A DNA stretch of 32,000 bases from Thaumarchaeota archaeon CSP1-1 (lineage in GTDB: Archaea; Thermoproteota; Nitrososphaeria; Nitrososphaerales; Nitrosopumilaceae), in the NCBI GenBank assembly GCA_001443365.1, contig LDXL01000006.1, forward strand, positions 1 to 32,000, in the 5' to 3' direction. The notes below the pieces were generated by a model. The model was given only the letters and a program-made list of their open reading frames with translations. It had not been told where the DNA came from and ran no database searches. Shown here one piece after another: positions 27,978 through 32,000 of this stretch. The first letter of the stretch is position 1; each line of letters starts with the position of its first letter. The translations under genes were made by a program, and so were the position numbers.

Positions 27978-29755
27978 ATGTTAAAATTTCAAGAGAAAGT
28001 TGTCCTCATTACTGGCAGTGGAACTGGTATCGGTCAAGCCATTGCAAAAAAATTTGCAGAAAATGGAGCCAGTGTGATAATTCTTGGAAGAAGAACAGAG
28101 CCTCTTGAAGAAACTAAAAAAATCCTTCAGGAAATAATTTCAAAGGTTCAAAGTAATGCATTTGTAAAAATATTTTCAGGAGTTGATGTAAGCGATGAGA
28201 AAGGTATTAGTGATATGTTTGATTCTCTTGCAAGCTCAAAGATCAACGTGGATGTAGTAGTAAATAATGCAGGAGTTTCAGGTCCGGTAACTTGTTTTGC
28301 TAATGATGATTTGGATGAATTCAAAAGCACTATAGGAATTCATCTTACAGGAACCTTTTGGACATCAGTACAGGCTCTCAAAGTAATGAAAAAGGGTGCA
28401 AAGATAATTACAATTTCAACTTTCTTTGCAGAAGAAAGACCACTTGAACAGCGTCCTTATAGATTCAGAGACCCTTACACTGCATCACAAGGTGCAAAAA
28501 ACAGACTAGCAGAGGCGATGTCTTGGGAATTAGTAGATAAAGGAATCATCTCAATTGCTACAAATCCAGGCCCAGTTCACTCTGATAGAATTTACAAAAC
28601 TGTTTATCCAAAAGCTGCCTCAGAATTTTTACGTGTTAGTGGATTTGAAGATCTTTCACCCATTGAAGTTGAGTCTGTAAATAAAGAAATTGTTCCCCTA
28701 TTAGGTGAAGAAGAGTCTGTTATTAGTCAAGGAATTACAAAAGCAGCTGAAAATCTGGCAAAAACTAAAGGCGGAGATCCTAAAAAATTATCTGTAACTT
28801 TAACCAATCTTTTAACAAAAATCAAAAATGTTGCTGAGAAAATTCAACTAAACACATCTAAAATGATTGCAGATGGACAATTCTTATCCCAACCACAAGT
28901 TGCTGAAACCGTTTTATGTCTTGCAGATGATGAAATGGCTAAAATTCTTAACGGCAAAGTCATACCAGGAGATAGAGTATTTTATCCAGTCAGAGCACAT
29001 ATTGCAGGAGCAACTCCAAGTGTTGCCCAACCCAGGTTTAATGGCAAGTCGGTAGTTTTTACAATTGATGCAACTGATAAGACAGACGCAGATAGAGTTG
29101 AATATCTAGCAAAGCATGTAGAGAAAAATGGTGGCAAAGCAGTTTGTATTATATCAGAAAATACTCCAAAGGAATTACAGGATTTTATTAGTGGCAAATT
29201 TCATTCTCATGTATCAAATCTAAAAAACCCAAATGAAGTTCAGAGATGGCTAGAAACAGCTTCTAAGAACATGGGAGAGATTGGTGCAGTGATTCACATT
29301 ACAGGAAGAGTTCCAGAATTTTCAAAATTAATTGAGTTATCAAGAAGTCAGTGGGACGACCTGGTTGACAAATTCATTAACACTCCTGCTACTGTCATAC
29401 AACGAGCATTGGAGCATTATGTTCCAGGTGGTGGAAAAGACCCAAGGCTGTATAAAAATAAAAGTGGAATCATTATGACCATAGGACCTGACTTGCCAGT
29501 TGGCACAAAGATTTCAGGGGCAGACAGGGCAAAGGTAGAGGTCTTTCGTGGGGCTTGCGACCATTTACAACAACGGTTAATCAAGAATTAAGTGATGTAT
29601 TAGAGTCAAAAGTTAGATCATTTTTGGTCTTACCTGGAACTATTGATGGTAAAGAGCCTAAAAATGAAAGAATAGCTCAAGCATTGAATTTTTTCATATC
29701 AGAAAATTCTCCAGCATCTGCTGAAGTCATTTTCTGTGTAGATGAAGTAAGATAG
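27978..29755 (+). pseudogene. Tandem short-chain dehydrogenase/reductase (catalytic SDR plus degenerate SDR-like domain), interrupted by a 1-nt frameshift
   Basis: The N-terminal domain carries KVVLITGSGTGIGQAIA, VVVNNAGV, ITISTFF, PYTASQGAK, NPGPVHSDRI. The second Rossmann-like half starts about KSVVFTIDATD and lacks the glycine motif. ORF 27978-29591 and ORF 29555-29755 overlap in different frames. One extra G in the GGGG run at 29550-29553 would give ...VFRGGLRPFTTTVNQEL... and one 592-aa protein. Confidence 0.75.
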
Positions 29756-29756
29756 A

Positions 29757-30212
29757 ATGAAAAAATTCTCAGAGCTCAAGGTAGGAGAAGAATTCTATTC
29801 TACATGTAGTATTTCAGAAAAGGAACTAGAAGAATATCTAAAGTTTTCACGAGTAAAAAATGTTCTTTTAGATGACCCAACTACGAAAAACAAACTAGTC
29901 TCTGGGAGAGCAATCCTATCTAGGATGGAAGGAGAATTCACCAGACTCAGTCAGATTTATGGAAATGCCTTAATCTTTATTGGCACAGATGGGGATACTA
30001 AATGGGACAACAAAAGCACTAGGTTTCTCAAACCACTTAAAACCGATGAAGTTTTGGAAATAAAATTCACAGTATCTTCAAAAGAAGATGTTGATGAAGA
30101 ATATGGTAAAATTGCAATAGACTATGAAGGTACAAAACAAAATGGGGATTTAGTGGTAGTATCAAAAAAGAATCTGTATAGAATCAAAAAGGAACCTCCA
30201 AGGAATCAATAA
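29757..30212 (+). CDS. MaoC-like hotdog-fold protein (degenerate hydratase motif)
   Basis: FSELKVGEEF...SISEKELEEYLKFS... and RFLKPLKTDEVLEIKFTV...GKIAIDYEGTKQNGDLVV follow the MaoC dehydratase layout. The D-x-NP-x-H segment is replaced by RVKNVLLDD. The ATG lies 1 nt after the SDR stop. Confidence 0.6.
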   Translation: MKKFSELKVGEEFYSTCSISEKELEEYLKFSRVKNVLLDDPTTKNKLVSGRAILSRMEGEFTRLSQIYGNALIFIGTDGDTKWDNKSTRFLKPLKTDEVLEIKFTVSSKEDVDEEYGKIAIDYEGTKQNGDLVVVSKKNLYRIKKEPPRNQ

Positions 30213-30954
30213 AAAGTTTCACTGCTACAGCAATCATAACTAATGAAATAAGAATTTTCAATGCACTTTCTTTAATTTCAATTGATAGTCTTGCTCCCAC
30301 TAGACCTCCTACAAAAGCACCTGCTGCCAGTAAAAGTGCTTGATAAAAATCTGGATGTCCTAAGATACTATGCGTTATTAGTGCTGAAACAGAACCAAAT
30401 AATAAGATGAATTGAGATGTGGGTGCCGCATTTTTCATTGACAATCCCATAGCAATAACCATCAATGGTACGAATATGATTCCACCACCCACACCAAATA
30501 ATGCAGATATTATTCCTGCTAAAAAGCTGGCACCTACTGCGAGAATCATAATTTGTTTTGAAAGATTATGACTTTTTGGTTCAATCTTTCTTTTTGAAAA
30601 AATGTAAATGCTTGAAGAGATCAAAATTAACGCAAATAAAATTTTGAATAAAGAGGGGGCTATATCTGAGGAAATGTATGCACCAAGTATAGTTCCAGGT
30701 ATTGAAAGTAAACCAAGTTTTAATCCAATAGAATATTCTATTCTTCTTTGTTTTGCATAAGAGATTGATGATGCGACAGCATTACTAAAAACTGCAAATA
30801 TGCTATTACTAGCAGATAATGCTGGAGGATAACCAAAAAAAGTTAGGACAGGTACAATAATTATTCCGCCTCCAAGACCAATTATAGAACCTAATAAGCC
30901 AGCTACAAACCCAAGTGGAATTAACCAAAGTTCTTCAAACAATATAACATTCAA
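30184..30954 (-). CDS. TauE/SafE (DUF81) family anion-exporter membrane protein
   Basis: About 8 TM helices with two internal repeats carrying LLGSIIGLGGGIIIVP and LFGVGGGIIFVP. It overlaps the hotdog gene 3' end convergently by 29 nt. Confidence 0.8.
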   Translation of the reverse strand: MNVILFEELWLIPLGFVAGLLGSIIGLGGGIIIVPVLTFFGYPPALSASNSIFAVFSNAVASSISYAKQRRIEYSIGLKLGLLSIPGTILGAYISSDIAPSLFKILFALILISSSIYIFSKRKIEPKSHNLSKQIMILAVGASFLAGIISALFGVGGGIIFVPLMVIAMGLSMKNAAPTSQFILLFGSVSALITHSILGHPDFYQALLLAAGAFVGGLVGARLSIEIKESALKILISLVMIAVAVKLFIDSLEVPF

Positions 30955-31036
30955 TAGAAAATATTACTTCTATAAAGTTAACATAAACCGACAACAATAC
31001 TGCCAAGGTATTCAGATTTTCTAAAAAGAAAAGAGC

Positions 31037-31150
31037 TTAGGCTACAGAGTTTGGATTTTTTTTAATGGCTCTATCTCTTTTGCAGAAATTACAATATTCC
31101 TCTGATGAATAACGATTAATTGGAGTTAAACAATCATGGCAATATTTCAT
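31037..31150 (-). CDS. Small zinc-ribbon protein (37 aa), paralog of 7905-8012, not in the ORF track
   Basis: MKYCHDCLTPINRYSSEEYCNFCKRDRAIKKNPNSVA. The first 39 nt are identical to the 7905 copy. TTAATT lies 23-28 nt upstream of the ATG. Confidence 0.6.
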   Translation of the reverse strand: MKYCHDCLTPINRYSSEEYCNFCKRDRAIKKNPNSVA

Positions 31151-31201
31151 GTCTTTTCTAGGTTAAACTAGGAATTAAGAATTTGTTAGATTTACTAGAA
31201 A

Positions 31202-31846
31202 CTAACCTGATATTAGCAATTTCCAGAGGTATCCTTCGGTATTGGTAGTTAATTCCATTTGAAGGCTCATACCCATAATACTTAGGTTTGATTTACTGGT
31301 AGGTTTTACATCACTTGTGTGAAAGTCCTTCTGTCTGTCAACCCAGTCACTAACTGTTTCAATTTCACTAGGTTTTACATCCTCCCAACAATTACAGACC
31401 AAGTTTTCAATTACAACATCATACACAGATTTTATTTCATCAAGATCTTGCATGAATGGATCAGTTTGAATTAATACTAGAACAATTTTTGGCATATTTC
31501 GAGAACCCACCATGTGGATGTTTCCTAGGAATTCTCCATCAGAATCCCGTAGTTCTGTTGAGGTACAATAGTCTACTTGATCTTGCTTGTTCTTATCTGC
31601 AAAAAAAGAGCAGAATTTTTCAATATCCTTTATTGTTGATAATTTTACTGGAGAAGACATGGATATACCGTGCGACGCTAAACTTTCTTTTAATTTGGCA
31701 TTAGATTCTATATAGGTAAATTTTAATTCAGGTAATGATTCTGTTATTAATTCTGCATCATTATTAAATAGACTAAAACTAAGGCTAACGGCTAAAGCTA
31801 AAACTGCCACAGATATACCAATGTATAAAAATTTCTTCTTATGCAC
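31202..31846 (-). CDS. Hypothetical exported or membrane-anchored protein
   Basis: N-terminal KKKFLYIGISVAVLALAVSLSFSLF anchor followed by a Cys-containing soluble domain. No motif recognised. Confidence 0.55.
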   Translation of the reverse strand: MHKKKFLYIGISVAVLALAVSLSFSLFNNDAELITESLPELKFTYIESNAKLKESLASHGISMSSPVKLSTIKDIEKFCSFFADKNKQDQVDYCTSTELRDSDGEFLGNIHMVGSRNMPKIVLVLIQTDPFMQDLDEIKSVYDVVIENLVCNCWEDVKPSEIETVSDWVDRQKDFHTSDVKPTSKSNLSIMGMSLQMELTTNTEGYLWKLLISG

Positions 31847-31901
31847 TTTACAGATTTTTTATTTTAACTAAGATAAGCCTTTGCAAAACTTGCGACGTAT
31901 T

Positions 31902-32000
31902 TTAGATAGAAATTATTTCTAATGTTGATTCAGTAGTGATTTTAAATGCATCAACAAATCCAGCGGTAACTTCTAATACATATTTTGCATCCTTGCTTCC
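31902..32000 (-). CDS. Partial CDS (C-terminal 32 aa), possibly DUF192-like
   Basis: The minus-strand frame is open to the window edge: GSKDAKYVLEVTAGFVDAFKITTESTLEIISI*. The A-x-YVLE[VL]-x-AG motif is recalled from DUF192 C-termini. Confidence 0.4.
   Translation of the reverse strand, partial: GSKDAKYVLEVTAGFVDAFKITTESTLEIISI

Noticed and set aside
28148-29197. ORFs 28148-28330(-), 28867-29055(+) and 28982-29197(-)
   Set aside because: They are internal to the tandem-SDR coding region, in other frames or on the other strand.

Overview
Visibly AT-rich archaeal chromosome segment. The rRNA sequence and gene content look like a marine ammonia-oxidising thaumarchaeon (Nitrosopumilus-like). A minus-strand 16S-23S rRNA operon, with no spacer tRNA and no linked 5S, occupies about 260-4990 including its processing stems. 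The rest is tightly packed with roughly 45 genes. Housekeeping genes include TBP, EF-1alpha, S10, RpoP, ATP-dependent DNA ligase, tRNA-splicing endonuclease and endonuclease V. Carbon metabolism is represented by 3-hydroxybutyryl-CoA dehydrogenase (HP/HB cycle) and FBP aldolase/phosphatase. Also present are two blue-copper (cupredoxin) proteins, a Dps-like ferritin, a stand-alone receiver domain and a J-domain-ferredoxin fusion. There are unusually many tiny zinc-finger or zinc-ribbon proteins, and several of them fall below the 60-aa cutoff of the ORF track. I found no CRISPR array, tRNA, transposase or integrase. The items most worth a second look are: (1) a two-gene unit encoding a ~590-aa tandem SDR (catalytic plus degenerate domain, interrupted here by a 1-nt frameshift in a G-run) and a MaoC-like hotdog protein, which I propose as a candidate for an unassigned CoA-ester reductase or dehydratase step; (2) three paralogous small membrane-anchored C-x14-C proteins surrounding a cupredoxin / receiver / J-ferredoxin neighbourhood; (3) eukaryote-type C2H2 fingers and a duplicated 35-37 aa zinc-ribbon gene; (4) an unannotated 39-aa RHH-like gene flanked by TTTGAT palindromes. 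All functional calls come from reading motifs by eye; no database search was run.
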